Of a DNA stretch of 64,000 bases, positions 24,501 through 39,500 are shown piece by piece (position 1 is the stretch's first letter; each line of letters begins with the position of its first letter). The DNA lies in NCBI GenBank assembly GCA_002633005.1, contig NMRA01000088.1, forward strand, positions 804,535 to 868,534, read 5' to 3'. The notes beneath the pieces were generated by a model. It did not search any database. It was not told the DNA's origin and worked only from the letters and a program-made list of their open reading frames with translations. The DNA comes from Phoronis australis. Lineage: Eukaryota; Animalia; Phoronida. Position numbers and translations under genes: made by a program.

Positions 24501-27500
24501 TACAACTGTTTGGTGTTAGACCTGTAAAAAGCTTTTGAGTTCTTGGATTTGGAAGCAAAAATGTGCTTAATGAAGTTAAACTTGCCTTTCGTTTGATTTA
24601 TACCATTTATTATGATAGAATTGCTGTAAATCTTGCCTCATGTTGTTCCTCGTCTGGATTAGAGGTGATTTTTGGGCATGCAAAGAAATGACAATTAGTA
24701 ACTGCAGCTTGAGACCACGTTCATCGTTACCTGTCGGGGACGGCCATCTTACAAAAATTGCTCCTGAGCAATGACGAATGGTCAGTTTTAGTCCCAGAAA
24801 TCACCTCCAATAGGGAAATGGAACAGTTATAAAAATTCCAAGAATGATTAATAGCAGCTTTAAATTCTTATCTTGAAAATATAAGTTTCACTCTCCGCAA
24901 AACAGCAGTACACCACGTGGGTGGTGAAAGAAATTTTGGTTTCTCCTGACCAGTCGCAAGTGTGGGATGATTGTGTTTGTTTTGCAGGCAATTTATTTAA
25001 ACGCATTTTCACCGTGAGCGCTACCTATGGTCGGTTCTGGTCGAGAACATTGTTTTAAGTGTTCAAAATACAGAAATTTAAAAAAAAATGTTGACAAAGT
25101 TTTGTTGAAGCTGTTGTGTTTTGTCAAATAAGGAAATTGTAGACAAATTGGAAATTTGCTGTGATCTCAATAATCTTTAATTTTTCACCGAGATGTTGTC
25201 ACTTGAAAGTTAAATTTTTAACTCATTTTTGAAATGAGTTGCAGTGGAATTAAATTTATATTAAGGATTTGTCCTGTATAAAATATTAACTAATCTTCAG
25301 ACACACCATTTTTGGGTCCAGAATATTTTAATTGTGTTTAAACTGTGTGAGTCATTATCAAAGTGTTTATATTTCATCGAACTCTAAAACGTCTTTTGCT
25401 ATTGTTCACCATCAGCTGCGATTGAAGAGAAACTGCCGGGGGAGCGCGAGCCTCGCTTTCTGGAAGAGGAGGGTCTGTACGTGGGGCGCCGTCCAATCAT
25501 GGCGTACCACAACGAACACAAGATTGAGAACAGACTGTTGAAGGAACCCAATGGAATGGTAGGAATGCCCACAGTTTTGTTTTTTAACTTTTTTGAGGTT
25601 GTGTTGGATGTTATAGACAAACTGTGTTTTTAACCAAATATCCGCAAAACTATAGATTTGAACTCGGTAAAATCATGTTGTTTTCTGAAACTAGAAAGCC
25701 AGTAGAATTTGATTTTCGAGTTTTTACCAATGTGTCATAATTCNAATCTTCAGACACCATTTTTGGGTCCAGAATATTTTAATTGTGTTTAAACTGTGTG
25801 AGTCGTTATCAAAGTGTTTATATTTCATCGTACTCTAAAACGTCTTTTGCTATTGTTCACCATCAGCTGCGATTGAAGAGAAACTGCCGGGGGAGCGCGA
25901 GCCTCGCTTTCTGGAAGAGGAGGGTCTGTACGTGGGGCGCCGTCCAATCATGGCGTACCACAACGAACACAAGATTGAGAACAGACTGTTGAAGGAACCC
26001 AATGGAATGGTAGGAATGCCCACAGTTTTGTTTTTTAACTTTTTTGAGGTTGTGTTAGATGTTATAGACAAACTGTGTTTTTAACCAAATATCCGCAAAA
26101 CTATAGATTTGAACTCGGTAAAATCATGTTGTTTTCTGAAACTAGAAAGCCAGTAGAATTTGATTTTCGAGTTTTTACCAATGTGTCATAATTCGGTCAC
26201 GTGATCATATCTCTTTAGGACAATTTAAGAAAGCTTCATTGTTAATAAAGCAAGGGGTGTCAACAACGTGATCAAATTTTATTTGATGCAAATAATTAAG
26301 GTGTGATCTCAAAAATGCTGTTACAGTTTCGTTTTTGCTTTATGCAACGTAAGATTTCTCCCTAAAAATCATAAGCGTCCTATTTTTTTATAACCCCTGA
26401 TGCAAAAGTGGTCCATTTTAAAAGGAGTCACTAACAATATTTTGGGAACAGTTTATGAAGCAAAATGTCTGAATGTTTCTTATAAATCTCGTCGGCCATT
26501 TCTGAGATGTGATATTCTGAAGTTGGCCAAATTTAAACATTATTCTTGGGTCCTATATAGCTTTAACTGAATTAATAATGTTCTTTTGCAGCAAACTTTG
26601 ATGTTTAGCAGGTGAAATTGTCGATACTTACATAGCGTTCTCTTTTAATGGAGGCTTTTGCCTAAAACCACATGCAATGAAGCACTTCCCATTTAAAAAG
26701 GGACTTTCCCATTTTGTCCCAAAATGTAATATTACATTTCAGATAAATATCAACATTTTGTCTTTAAATTTGGTTTATAATCAATCATGACCCCCTCCTT
26801 AATGCATTTCATGTTCTACTTTCGTTAATTAACCATTGAAATTTGCTTGCATAAGCTTAGTATGGTGTCTTGGAAAAAATTGCTTAAATGTGAAAACCTT
26901 AACATTTTAGCATGTCAAGTGAACATTCTCTAATTTTACAAGGTTATATTCCGGACATGGCAGGAGCATGCGCATATTTTATAATTGGTAATGAGAGAAA
27001 CTTGAATGTTAGTGAGTCCAATTTGTGAGTTCTCTTCAGGGCCTCAAGTGGTTTGGTGAGGACGGTCGTGTGCTAGCCATCCCCGACCCACTCAAGGACG
27101 CTCCGTCACGACCCTACTTCAACGACAACATTGACGCCGCGCTGCAGACAGAGTATAAGAAGGTACGTGATACCTGTTGGTTAAATTAACTCTACAATTT
27201 GGACTGATTGATAACTAAGATGTTGACTTTTGTCCCTCGTATTCACAGAATGTCTCTGGAGGTCTGTTCCATAACATTGCTGCATATCTGTCAGTGTTAC
27301 ATTGTTCACAGTGTAGAGAGTCTTCGTCAGTTAATGAAAGTTGTGTTTGGTTTTGATTTGACTGGTTTTAGTTATTACCATGTTAGTATCAAAACAGATT
27401 TTATCATACCTGAAAACTTAAAGTTTGATGTATCATACTCATTTTAAAAGGCATTTATTGGGACTTGCCAATTTCAATATGGCCGATGGCGGCCATCTTA

Positions 27501-30500
27501 GATTTGAGGGTTATGCTGGCAAAATCAGCCCGGCATACAATTTTTTTGGATTCAGCCCCCCAAAATTAGTTAAAATCAATCATCAGATCTGCATTACCCC
27601 CAAAATGCCCTCGATAGACTATGTGTATTGGTGCAATATTGTTGTTGTCTAAAGCTATTTATTTGTGATGGATATTGTACATGTCTCTGTAGTAGATTAA
27701 AGTGTTGGACTTGAACATGTCTCCAAAACCAATGAGCCGTTAAGTCAACTTGACAACTGACGCCTAGTCGCACCGCCTTTAGCTATTAACATTGGTGTGA
27801 CTTTTTTCATGTATTCACGCCAGTAACCAAGCCATACAGTTATTGTTTGGTTTTCCGAATCTGATATATCCCTACATTCACTCAGGCAAAACCACTTCTC
27901 TGGCAATGATAAATTAAAGGAGAGAAACCTCTTTGCTTTATCTCAAGTTACACTTTTGAAAATATAAGTTACCCAGAAAGTACCATAGGAACCCATCGGG
28001 GCAGATTATTAGCTCTGTTTGGACATGACACAGTGAAAATTTGTTGTCTAGTAGTAGACAGGCCTGTTTAGTCATAGTGTGAATGTGGCTTTAGAACTTT
28101 CTAGAATGAAGCATGTGGATCTCAGCAGATCGAAGTCAGTTGTTTCTAGTTTAGCTAAGAGTTGATGTCTCAACATCAAATATTTCCAACTCGTTCTTTC
28201 TCTTCCTGTAGGCGGTCGTGGACGAGTTTGACGGTCGTTTGATTGACGGTACACTAGACGGCAGCGGTCGCTACCAGCTGGACGTGGACGTCAACACGGT
28301 GACGTTTAACCACCACCATCTGTTCAGCCGCGAGCACGTTCTCGCCTCTAAACTGACGGAGCTGTGTAGTCAGCACCTTGAGAAACGCAACAGCCAACGC
28401 ATCAACTATCTCATCGATAAGGTATGACTTCCTTCAACCAGTCTTAAGCGACACAATCCACTCGTCTGTTAGATTATTTTTATCAACATCTCAACATCTG
28501 GAACCCCTGTAAGTCATTATTGCCAGCTTTTCTACTTTTTAGTTCATATATTTCTTCGACAATCATCAGAGCTTGAAACCACGTAACTTTACTTAGAATT
28601 AAACTAGATCACTGTCCAATTACATGGATTGAAATTTGTTTTCTAAAACCATGCAGTGCAATTAGACAGTTTTCAATTCTCGAGTAATATTCGGTCGTCG
28701 TGGTTTCCTGTTGAATGACAAATGCTATTCACTACTCACATGAATTCGCCATTATGCTTTAAACCGAGGTGTTGTGTCCAAACTACAATGGTGGTGCATG
28801 TGTCAAACCCGCGCGCTTTCACGTTTGCATTGTCAAAACTGATGCTAAAGCAAGGCATTGTGTAATAAATAACAAGGCGCAACAATCATTTTTGCAGCTT
28901 CAAGCGCTGAAGGCGGCCTCTGTGCACATCCAGGATGCCCTAGCCAAACTCAGCCCAAAGACGGGCGAGGCTGACAACCAGCAGCTGAGAGATATGAAGG
29001 CGAGGCTTGAGGACTACAAGTATGAGATCAGGTACAACGTAGGTTAATAATGGCCGACTGGATGTTTGGTGTATGTGGCGCTGATGGAGAAGAGATCCTG
29101 TTTTTATAGTTTGAATGAACTGAGAACCAAATATTTATTGCTGACATGAAACAAGTGTGAGTAACAGTGCTGTGTGGCTTGAATGCTTGTATTTCTGTAA
29201 CATAGTTCATGCATCCTTGAAAAGGCTCGGAATTTTGACCCCCATCCTTGAAATGACCCTAAACTAGAATCTAGACCATGTATAGGCGGAAATATTGGCT
29301 TGCTCATGCCCCCCTCGTGAATCCGGGTGTTACCGACTGGTTTGTATGCGCAGGCTTGGGTCTTGAGTTATTTTGTAAGAAGTAATGTTCCCATGTAAAT
29401 GTGATCAAGGTACTTAGTGTCTGTTCTCAGTGAGGTTCTGAGTCAAATACACCATCTCACTTTCTGGTGTAAAACTTGAAAATATAGCAAAATGAATGTA
29501 ATTTTGCACGATTAAGAAATACAACCATGTCGTATTTCTAAAAATGTGAGGAATGGCCGCCATAACTTTCGAGGTTCTTAAATGAGGGTGACAATGTGGC
29601 TGTAATTTTCAAGTGCCTGTGGCAGAGATGATGTAATTGTCAAGTGCCTGTGACAGAGATAATGTAACATAGATGTAATTTAGGTATTTGTGTGGAAACG
29701 TGTCCAATATTTCTGCGACGTTATATATTTTACGTCTACTTTCAGGCAAGCCCGTAAAGCTCGCAATGCCGAATGGAAGGGTGAACAGGATCTACTGCGC
29801 AATATCATACGAACGTGGAAGGCGTTGAAGGAACTACGCGTCAAACAAACTTACACCAACACGACTGTCAAACTACAGATTAGGAAGTGAGTTCAGCGTG
29901 CGATGGGTTGCTGTGACTATGTTCATGCTTCCTGTGTGTTTAAGCTCAAGGGCACTGTCTAGTAGTGCCATGGTGTGTTCACTCATGGAACTACAGTCTA
30001 CGTCCAGCCAAATTGTCACGTACAGTAATGAACCCATCAGTTTGTCAAGTCTTTCCAAGCTCATAAACCATAAACTGAGTTGGGTACAAATTGAGATTTG
30101 TTTGTATCAATAAGTGGTCCAATTGAAAAGTTTGTCTTTTTGACATTTAATGGTTTTTTATTTAAGTGGCTTTAAACCCATGTTTCATAAAAAAACTCAA
30201 CTTTTGCTATAAAACTTGCTTCAACTTGAACCTCTCGCAGATGAGAAGGGGTTTGTGAGCTTGGAAAGAACTGAGGGTTTCTTATTATCTGAGATCAAAC
30301 TTCATGCATGAGACGACTCCCTGTGACTAGCCAAAGTATGTAGATCTCTAACCCAGAACTCTCTTGTTTGACTAAAAAGGGTTGAGACTAATTTCATCAG
30401 GGTAAATTGTCTAAATCAAAAGCTGGTTTATGTGATGGAAGGCGTGTTTATAGACGGTTTAAGGGTATGTAGGACTTAAGTGTAATGTCTCAATTTTGGC

Positions 30501-33500
30501 CATCTTCGGAACACCGTATCTCAGAAATGGTTGGTGAGATTTTCACGAAACTCTCAGTTACTATGCTTTATGCGTTATTCTCCAAAACGCTGTAAGGGAT
30601 TGTTTGTAAAATGCTCCAGATTTGAACGAGGGGTTATCAAAAATAGGACTTACATGATTTTTATGATAAGGTTTTAAAGTTGCATAAAACGGAAACGAAA
30701 CGATAATTTAGAAAAGTGTAACGGCCTTTTTAAGATTTCATCTTAACCACTTATATCATGCGAAATTTATTTAGTCATGTTATTGATCCTGTTGTTTTGC
30801 TATAAATGTTTGTCTCCTTGTTACTGAATTTTACTAGATATTTGGCTAAATGTGCAATCTTGAAGATAAGGTCCTTCATAATTTTTATATGAAAAAATTT
30901 TAATGTTCATTTGTTTACTGTTAAGCTCGTCTATGATAATCCTAAGGCCTGTCTCATTGTCGCTTGACCTCAAACATGACCTCAAACATGACCTCTCAAC
31001 CTGCAGAGAGAACACCAATAAGGAGCTGGAAGAGTCGTCATGGCAACAGGACTTGGAGGAGGAGCTGTTGGAGTTGCGACAGGAGTTTGAAGAGAACTAT
31101 CAGCAGGAGATGGTCAAGTACAGGGAGAAGATGGACGCGTTCAAGAAGCAGAAAAAGGCTAAGGTAGCGTGTTGATCTGTTTTTGACCGTGTTTTCGAAG
31201 CTAAGTTAAAGGCGTGTTAGTCCACTTTTCTTGAAATAATAGTTATGAGTTTTGTTTGTATTAAGTTTGCTGACACTTTACACCAGGGGACTTAATATGT
31301 GCTTTGTTGTGCCCATGAAGAAGGGGTGGAATTCTTATTATCCAAATGGAGTGAGAACAAAGTTATTCACATGCTTGGGGATGGAATGCATTTCGGTCTT
31401 GAGCGGCGTCAGTGCTCTACAATGTTGCTCAGTTTTGTGGACAGTTGAAAGTCCATCGGCTGCCATCACAAAAGATCAGGCTTCTGAATTTGGTGTGTTT
31501 TCCTGGGGATTATGGAGATCACTGTCTGTTTTGTTGAGCCCTGTTAAAGTAAGCACAGCTTAAAAAAGGCTTTATGGCCTCGGCTAAGAAAGTGTTTTGT
31601 TACCCCTTGTTGATTTTGTCTAGCAGTTTCTCAAATGGACAACGAAATCAATGCATTTGTATAGGTAAGACAGTTTATTTACTAGCGCCACCTAGTGAAC
31701 TTCAAGCTTCGCACTGCAATGATGTTGCATTATTTCTGGACTCACAATCTTGATGAAATTAGAATGCCTCACGTTACATAAAAATTACATGGCAACAGCG
31801 TGGTAAAGTGGAATTTAAACTATTGGTCCTCAGGGTGCTAGGTGTTGGCGGCACTAAGCTGCCTTCTGTTATTGGTTGAGGATTGCATTTCTTCATCATG
31901 ACAGTAGGTTATTGTAGTATCCCTTCGTAACAGATGTTTTTCCTTGCCAGAAAGAGGCTAATACACGACAGAACAAACGAGAGCGCAAGCGAGAACAGCA
32001 GGGAGAGGAAGCGGGAAATGAAGAGGAGGTGGACGAGGAGGCTGCGGAGAAAGAGAGGGTGAGTTGTGGCGCCTCCTGGTGGGGGAGGGGAAGTAATGAA
32101 AAGTGTGACTCGGATTTATTTTCTGCACCAGCGATAGATCCACTATGTGGCAAAATGCAAATTCTAGATGACCGCTCTATGTTTGCCCAACAGAAATTTC
32201 ATCCCATCTTGGGACACAGGTTGTACCTATAACTGCTGCTACATCATGAAAACTGTTGTTAAAGAAATTAATTTTATCGTGCATACATACATACATCAAT
32301 GCAAAAGCAATGAATTTTAAATTTCAAAAATCTTTTCTGTCAGGAAGAGGAACTCCAAGACCAACAAACACTCCAACAGGAGGATCTAGTCAAACCCACT
32401 GTGCCGACCAAGTACGACGAGGCTACCCAACGGCAGGAGGCAGAGGAGAGGATGAGGGCGATACGCCGACCCCCGGGCCAGCCTAAACTGTTCCCAGAAC
32501 TGGTGCACACAGCCGTGATAACTCCGGCAACACAATGTCCTAAGTAGGTAGTGGTTAGGTCTATGGATGAATAAATATTTAAGTATTCAAGAGACATATT
32601 CCGCAATGTAGAAGTCTTATGTGCCTAATTTTGTTAAAGAAACTATCCCTAAGTTTGGGCTTACATGTCGCCATGAACAGAAACCTTCCATGCTCAACTT
32701 GATGGCCAATCTCTTGAGACCAGACGCAGGAATGGACAGTGACGTCATATTCAGTCTCACAGCTGCTTTCAGCTCTGTTTGATTACTAGGAAGTGCACAT
32801 GTTATGTAATCAAGGTGGTGTTATGTAGTGGTGGGGGTGAAAGTTCTTAGAAAAAACAAATACGTTTCTGTGTGTGCGTCACTTGAGCAAGCTTTTAGGG
32901 TAAAACTGCTCTGCTGCCTATTCTGTAGAGTGACACAATACACTAGCGAATTTCACGCTTAGTTTTCAGGAGACATTGTTGTTTATTGCGAGCAAAACGC
33001 GCTATCAAACAAGCTTCACTCGCGAGATTCGTGCACCTGCTGAACTTGATTTAGTTGCGAGCTGGTCTTAGTCACAAAAACTAACTTTTGAGTTTGGCCA
33101 CTTACCATTAGGACATTGGCCTTAAATTATCCTTCTAATGAGTAAGAAGTGATGTGTTGGCTTGGTAAGAACTGTCAGTTCATTAATGCTTGAGGTCAGG
33201 CTGTGTACATTGTATTGTTACGACTGGTTCTTTCAAGCGCCCGGTATGGTCTGAACCAGTGAGGAACTGTCTATTGTCCAGAAACTTTTAAACTGAATTT
33301 GGAACTCCTTGGTATAATTTTTATAATCACCGTAAGTGATGTCAATCATTTCTTTGACAGAGTGCTGGTTTATTTAAGCTTTTAAAGCATGATTTGCGTT
33401 TGTAAAGCATGCCTTTGTCCTACTTCAAAGTACATTCAGATCAGCGAAAGAAAGCCACTGCCTTTTGGCTAATTACTGAACATTATTGCCATTTGATAAC

Positions 33501-36500
33501 GTGTTTGGTTGCCGTTTCCAGATTCGAGGTGGCACGTCGTGAGGAGGTGGTGAAGACAAAATTGTTTGTCAAGGTGCTATTTAACAACAAGGTCGTCGCG
33601 AGGTCATCCACAAAGTAGGTCAATTGATGATGTCGAATATCAAAGAAACACTTCGGTGTTTTGTAAACTGACCAGTAGTCGAAGCTAATGTGCAAAAAAT
33701 GGGTACACTCGTCAGGCTAACATTCAACTGTTGCACGATATTTGTGCTGCATTTTGGAAACCCATTCAGGGCTTGACACTTACCGTGGTATCAATTCGTC
33801 AAATACAACCTGGCAATATTCCCAGGTAGCCAAACAGGAACTAAGGTTGCCAAATCAAGGAAACCCGGTATGTGGGGTTGTGAAAGTCGTAGCCAATGCA
33901 GACAATTCATTGGCACGTGTTGCCTGTGCATGACTATAAATGGGCTCTTATCATTTTTAGCTAGCAATTAGTATTCTTGTTTGCTTACTTCTTGTAGTAT
34001 TTCTAGTGCATGCTGGGATGCGTGTACGGTGACTTTGTGCCAGCTTGGGATTTTTGTCAGGTCGCCAAACTAAGTCTGAGGTCGTGTTGGTGACCTGCAG
34101 GTCTTTAATCAAGCCCTGCTATTAATTGTGCAAGTTACTGTTATTGTAAGAAATGTCTATTTTGTATTGAATGTTTTGTTTTAATGTGAGGATTAGTGTC
34201 CTTTTAATTCCTTGTGTCATAGTGTAACACAAACCTTTTTGTATGGATATTGTTTCTTATTGAAACCATTTTTTATAACGAACTTTCCTCTTGTGTATAG
34301 TGTTCTTTGAAACATTTCTAAAATGAAGTTAGCCTTGTCAGCACATAGCACTGATCACTGCGTTTACCTCGCATTTGCTATGTTGAGACTGAAGGCAGAT
34401 GACAATAGGACTATGCTCAAAGCATGCCTGCGAATGCAAGATTTGAACATGGTACAATAACTCCACACCACTGCTCTGTACTGCCTTCTCTGCTGGCAAG
34501 AAAATGAGATTTGTTCTATGAATTTCCTTTTTGATGGTTTTTTTATTGATCTACTGCATATTTACTAAATTACAGGCAGCTATCTCAGGACTTTCGAGTA
34601 AATTTTGCTCAAATCTTCAACATTCTCATCGTCCAATGGCCAGAGAGTGTTCGTGTTCAAGTGAGTTCATTCAATACTAGACGGCGTTGCTGAAACCTGT
34701 ATCATCTACCCTGTTGAACTGACGATGAACAGACTGAATTTGTCTGTAAGATTTTGTTTTGTTCAACTGGCTGTGACACTGTGAAATGGTCACATCTGTT
34801 GCAAACTGGGTAAAAATCTGTGTTTTACAGTCTACTCAATACTCATATTTATCACCTGTTTCCAGATCAAAAAGGCTGGCTTTTCGGTAAAAATACCTTA
34901 TCTGTTATATTTAGATCTCAAATTATAGTTAGATTTTCCAACTATGGGTTCAAGCCCAATTTTAAAACAAGTTTTGCTAGCTGAATACAATTTTGAGTTG
35001 TTGCGTTAAAGTCATTAGTTCCAAGTTCCTGTCAGAAATGAATGCCATCTGGTGTCTGTTGCAGATCTTTGAGGCCCGAGGCCTGGCCGGTGCTGACATG
35101 ATCTCAGAGGTCTACGGCTGTATTCCTCAGGCCACTATGTCGACCAGTAACGTGGAGCTAGAGGATGTCGAGTTTAGCAGTGAGCGCGTCGTACGGCATA
35201 AACACAACGGTGTTGGATCAGGTAAGTCGCAAGAGACGAATAACGTGACAGGGCAGTTAGCCTGTGCCTTCTGTCGAAAAATTAACTTTTGATTTAGGCC
35301 AATTACTGTTATATGTGTGAATGTGTTGATTTTGGTAGGTCATTAACTGCCCGCCTGTCTATTTACAGGTGTGCCATTTGGGTTCTTGGAAGTTGATGAG
35401 ACCATGGACATTACCACCCTGTTGACATCTGGCACGGTGTCGTTGTCTGTCGCGTGGGCTGTAGACGATGACGGAAATGTACTGGTGCCTCCGCATCAGA
35501 CGTCAGACTCCATATTTAGGTAGGTCACGTGTCGTATGTTATTTAAATCGGAGATCATTTTGCGGCATCTTCAATTGCTCACAATCAACAATATGAGCTG
35601 TCAGTACCAGGGTGGGGGATTCTGTGGACAGATTCATAAGTATTCTGGATGGATCTCAAATGTAGTAGTTGATGTCTGTAAGATCTTGGACTAGGGATTA
35701 AATTCTGCGCTGATGCAGGATACTCCTCTTGATCCAGTTTTCAAATTGAAAATGCATTGGGGTCTAGGATTTGATCGGCCTCGGTATTCATGGAATGGTC
35801 AGCTTCTGTGTTGTTTCAGTGCTATCCCTGAAGAGGCCACCCTCATTTTAAATATCACAATAATAAATAAATAAATAAATAAATTCTCTACATTTCCATA
35901 ATTCAACACTACATCTGCAGATCAAAATGATCAACTTCAAAGAAAGATTAAATGCGAATGAAGTGATTTAGTAAAGCCAAAACTAACACCTATGAGCTCC
36001 ATTCTGGTCACAGTGAAACCAAAGAAAACAGGATTCTAGTGGTAATTTGCCTTATTTCACGAGTCATCGTTGCAATTAAGTTAAATCACAACTTTGGACT
36101 CTTGCCATTGTGTGAAGCAGGATGTCCCAAGGTAATAGCCATATCACCTAAGAAGTGCAAAATATAATTTAAATAGAGTTTGTTTTATTCAGCTGCTATA
36201 AAAAGCACTAAAAATGTTGGCCATGATATTCACATGCTGTAACTTAAAAATTGCAATGCTATGCAGTCGCCATTGCTTTGTCTACAATTCTGTTCTTGTC
36301 TCTGCCCATAGTGCCATGAAAATGGTTGACGCCCTGTCAGCCATCGGTGCCTCTGCTGCTACGGACCTCGACAAGTTGTCCAAGTGGATGGTGGAGTCCA
36401 GGCTCGACCCTAATGACCCCAGTAATGCTGACCTTGTCTATATGATGAAGGTAGGTCACCGTGTTGTAGTCTTGATTTTGGAAATGAGCTAGATGCAGCA

Positions 36501-39500
36501 AAAGTAGACAGTGTGCATTATCATTCATCTGGGTCAACTACCTGATTTGTGTTTTATATTTAGATAATAAAAAGTTCTGTAATTTTCTTCTGATGCTGCT
36601 GAACTGTGTGTCTCCTGCTAAAGATTGGTTCCCACGAAAATCATATTGCCTTCTGTCGGTGCTCCTGGACAGCGTTAATTGTGGCATAAGGTCACTTTTG
36701 TAAGAAAGGCCTTCAATTTTAATTGACTTGTTTCCAGCCAATGGCAAGCTGATATGATGGCCTTTGACCTCTTTCATTTAACCTTTACTCAAACCATGAC
36801 TCATGTCATGATTTGCAGGGTGAATTCTGGCAGAGATTCTATGGTTATATTGAGCCGGTTTCGGAGGCCCAAAAATTTACAACTTCAACGTAAATGATGA
36901 TAGAAGTGCATCGAAATGACAGTCATTCTTGAGTTTCATTTACCAGATAGTACCTTCATGGAAAACTAGAACTCGAGTTTTTCCTTGTGACAAACGCAAG
37001 TCACGTCGAAAGAACAACACTTGCCATAGTAATGTATTTCTTGTGCTCCCAGGTTGTGTGCGTGAGCAATACTACCTTAGTGAAAGACAGCATACACTGC
37101 AAGACAAAGTAAATAGATAAAAGTTTGTTTCCCCGTATCGACTGGTAATGGCTGTCATGGCTCCAAATTTGTAATTACAGAATGGTTCAGCCACCTTACT
37201 AACTTCCTTTTCATTCTTGGTCATGAGGGAAGGCTACTCTGGTCCAGTCATCATAACAGGGAGTTCTGGGTCATTTTGTCTCAATGCTTTTGGTATGTAC
37301 TGTAGGTCCTGCCTCTGCTAAACACTGACCTCTGTTATGTTTCTCAAGCCAATGGCAGGTGGTGGTGGTGGCCTTCACATGCCCGAGTATTTCCGCCTGG
37401 AGCAGCTGCAAGAAGAGTTCAACCTCTGCTCTGACGAGGATCTGGAGAACTCGCGACGGTTCCGGCTCATTCAGCTGCGCGAACAGGAAGTGGCGGAGTT
37501 CAAGAATTACAAGTATATCCCACCTTTTGACAAGGAGATACCACAAGATCTGTTTGATGTAAGGCTTTGTTTTGGTCTGGCTTTAGATATGCTTTCATTG
37601 TTAGTTTGAAGTCTGCATGTCGTATGCCTTGATTCTTGTGTGTATTTTTTGGGTTCTCATGTTTATAACTTGACTGCTGTATTTATTTTCTTAATTTCAG
37701 AAATTCAAAAGTTATGTTGTCAATTTTATTCCGCAGTGCAGAGTTTGTTTAAATCATACCTTTGCGTGACACCCCCAATTCGATGTGGTTCATAGTTCGG
37801 AATCAGCCAATGATCTGATACATTTATTAGTTGTCCTGGATTGCCAGTGGCTTCCCCAAACACAGTCGGCCATCTTGAATTGTTACAGTGACTGGACTCG
37901 ATTGACTTCATCGGTTCCACTGGGTCAGCCAGCTAAGACATCTGATTGGATGTCATCAGGGACCAATCAGATGCCTTAACTGGTTGACCCGGCATACCTG
38001 GCGATGTCAATCAGATAATTGCTGTATGTCCTTAACCACAATACACTGAGAAATGTTCAACTGCAGCATACGAGGCTAGTTTCTCTGACATGTCTCACGA
38101 TGTTTTCAGGTGTATGAGAAGAAGGCTAAAGAGGCGGCCCGAGTCAAGATGACGGACGACATAGAATCTCACCGTGTGGCCGTATCTAAGTTTATGCAAA
38201 GGGTGGGTGTTGGACTAGTGTTTATTATAAATAATGTATACGGTCATGGACAATGGGAGTATAAACAGCAATGTGCTGTGTAGTGCTAATGCAACATTTA
38301 CTGTNNNNNNNNNNNNNNNNNNNNNNNNNNNNNNNNNNNNNNNNNNNNNNNNNNNNNNNNNNNNNNNNNNNNNNNNNNNNNNNNNNNNNNNNNNNNNNNN
38401 NNNNNNNNNNNNNNNNNNNNNNNNNNNNNNNNNNNNNNNNNNNNNNNNNNNNNNNNNNNNNNNNNNNNNNNNNNNNNNNNNNNNNNNNNNNNNNNNNNNN
38501 NNNNNNNNNNNNNNNNNNNNNNNNNNNNNNNNNNNNNNNNNNNNNNNNNNNNNNNNNNNNNNNNNNNNNNNNNNNNNNNNNNNNNNNNNNNNNNNNNNNN
38601 NNNNNNNNNNNNNNNNNNNNNNNNNNNNNNNNNNNNNNNNNNNNNNNNNNNNNNNNNNNNNNNNNNNNNNNNNNNNNNNNNNNNNNNNNNNNNNNNNNNN
38701 NNNNNNNNNNNNNNNNNNNNNNNNNNNNNNNNNNNNNNNNNNNNNNNNNNNNNNNNNNNNNNNNNNNNNNNNNNNNNNNNNNNNNNNNNNNNNNNNNNNN
38801 NNNNNNNNNNNNNNNNNNNNNNNNNNNNNNNNNNNNNNNNNNNNNNNNNNNNNNNNNNNNNNNNNNNNNNNNNNNNNNNNNNNNNNNNNNNNNNNNNNNN
38901 NNNNNNNNNNNNNNNNNNNNNNNNNNNNNNNNNNNNNNNNNNNNNNNNNCCATTGCTTTGTCTACAATTCTGTTCTTGTCTCTGCCCATAGTGCCATGAA
39001 AATGGTTGACGCCCTGTCAGCCATCGGTGCCTCTGCTGCTACGGACCTCGACAAGTTGTCCAAGTGGATGGTGGAGTCCAGGCTGGACCCTAATGACCCC
39101 AGTAATGCTGACCTTGTCTATATGATGAAGGTAGGTCACCGTGTTGTAGTCTTGATTTTGGAAACAAGCTAGATGCAGCAAAAGTAGATGGTGTGCATTA
39201 TCATTCATCTGGGTCAACTACCTGATTTGTGTTTTATATTTAAATAATAAAAAGTTCTGTAATTTTCTTCTGATGCTGCCGAACTGTGTGTCTCCTGCTA
39301 AAGATTGGTTCCCACGAAAATCATATTGCCTTCTGTCGGTGTTCCTGGACAGCGTTAATTGTGGCATGAGGTCACTTTTGTAAGAAAGGCCTTCAATTTT
39401 AATTGACTTGTCTCCCGCCAATGGCAAGCTCATGTGATGGCCTTTGACCTCTTTCATTTAACCTTTACTCAAACCATGACTCATGCCATGATTTGCAGGG

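Noticed and set aside
38225-39172. The longest ORFs in the track (242-312 aa)
   Set aside because: They consist mostly of X from the 645-n assembly gap.
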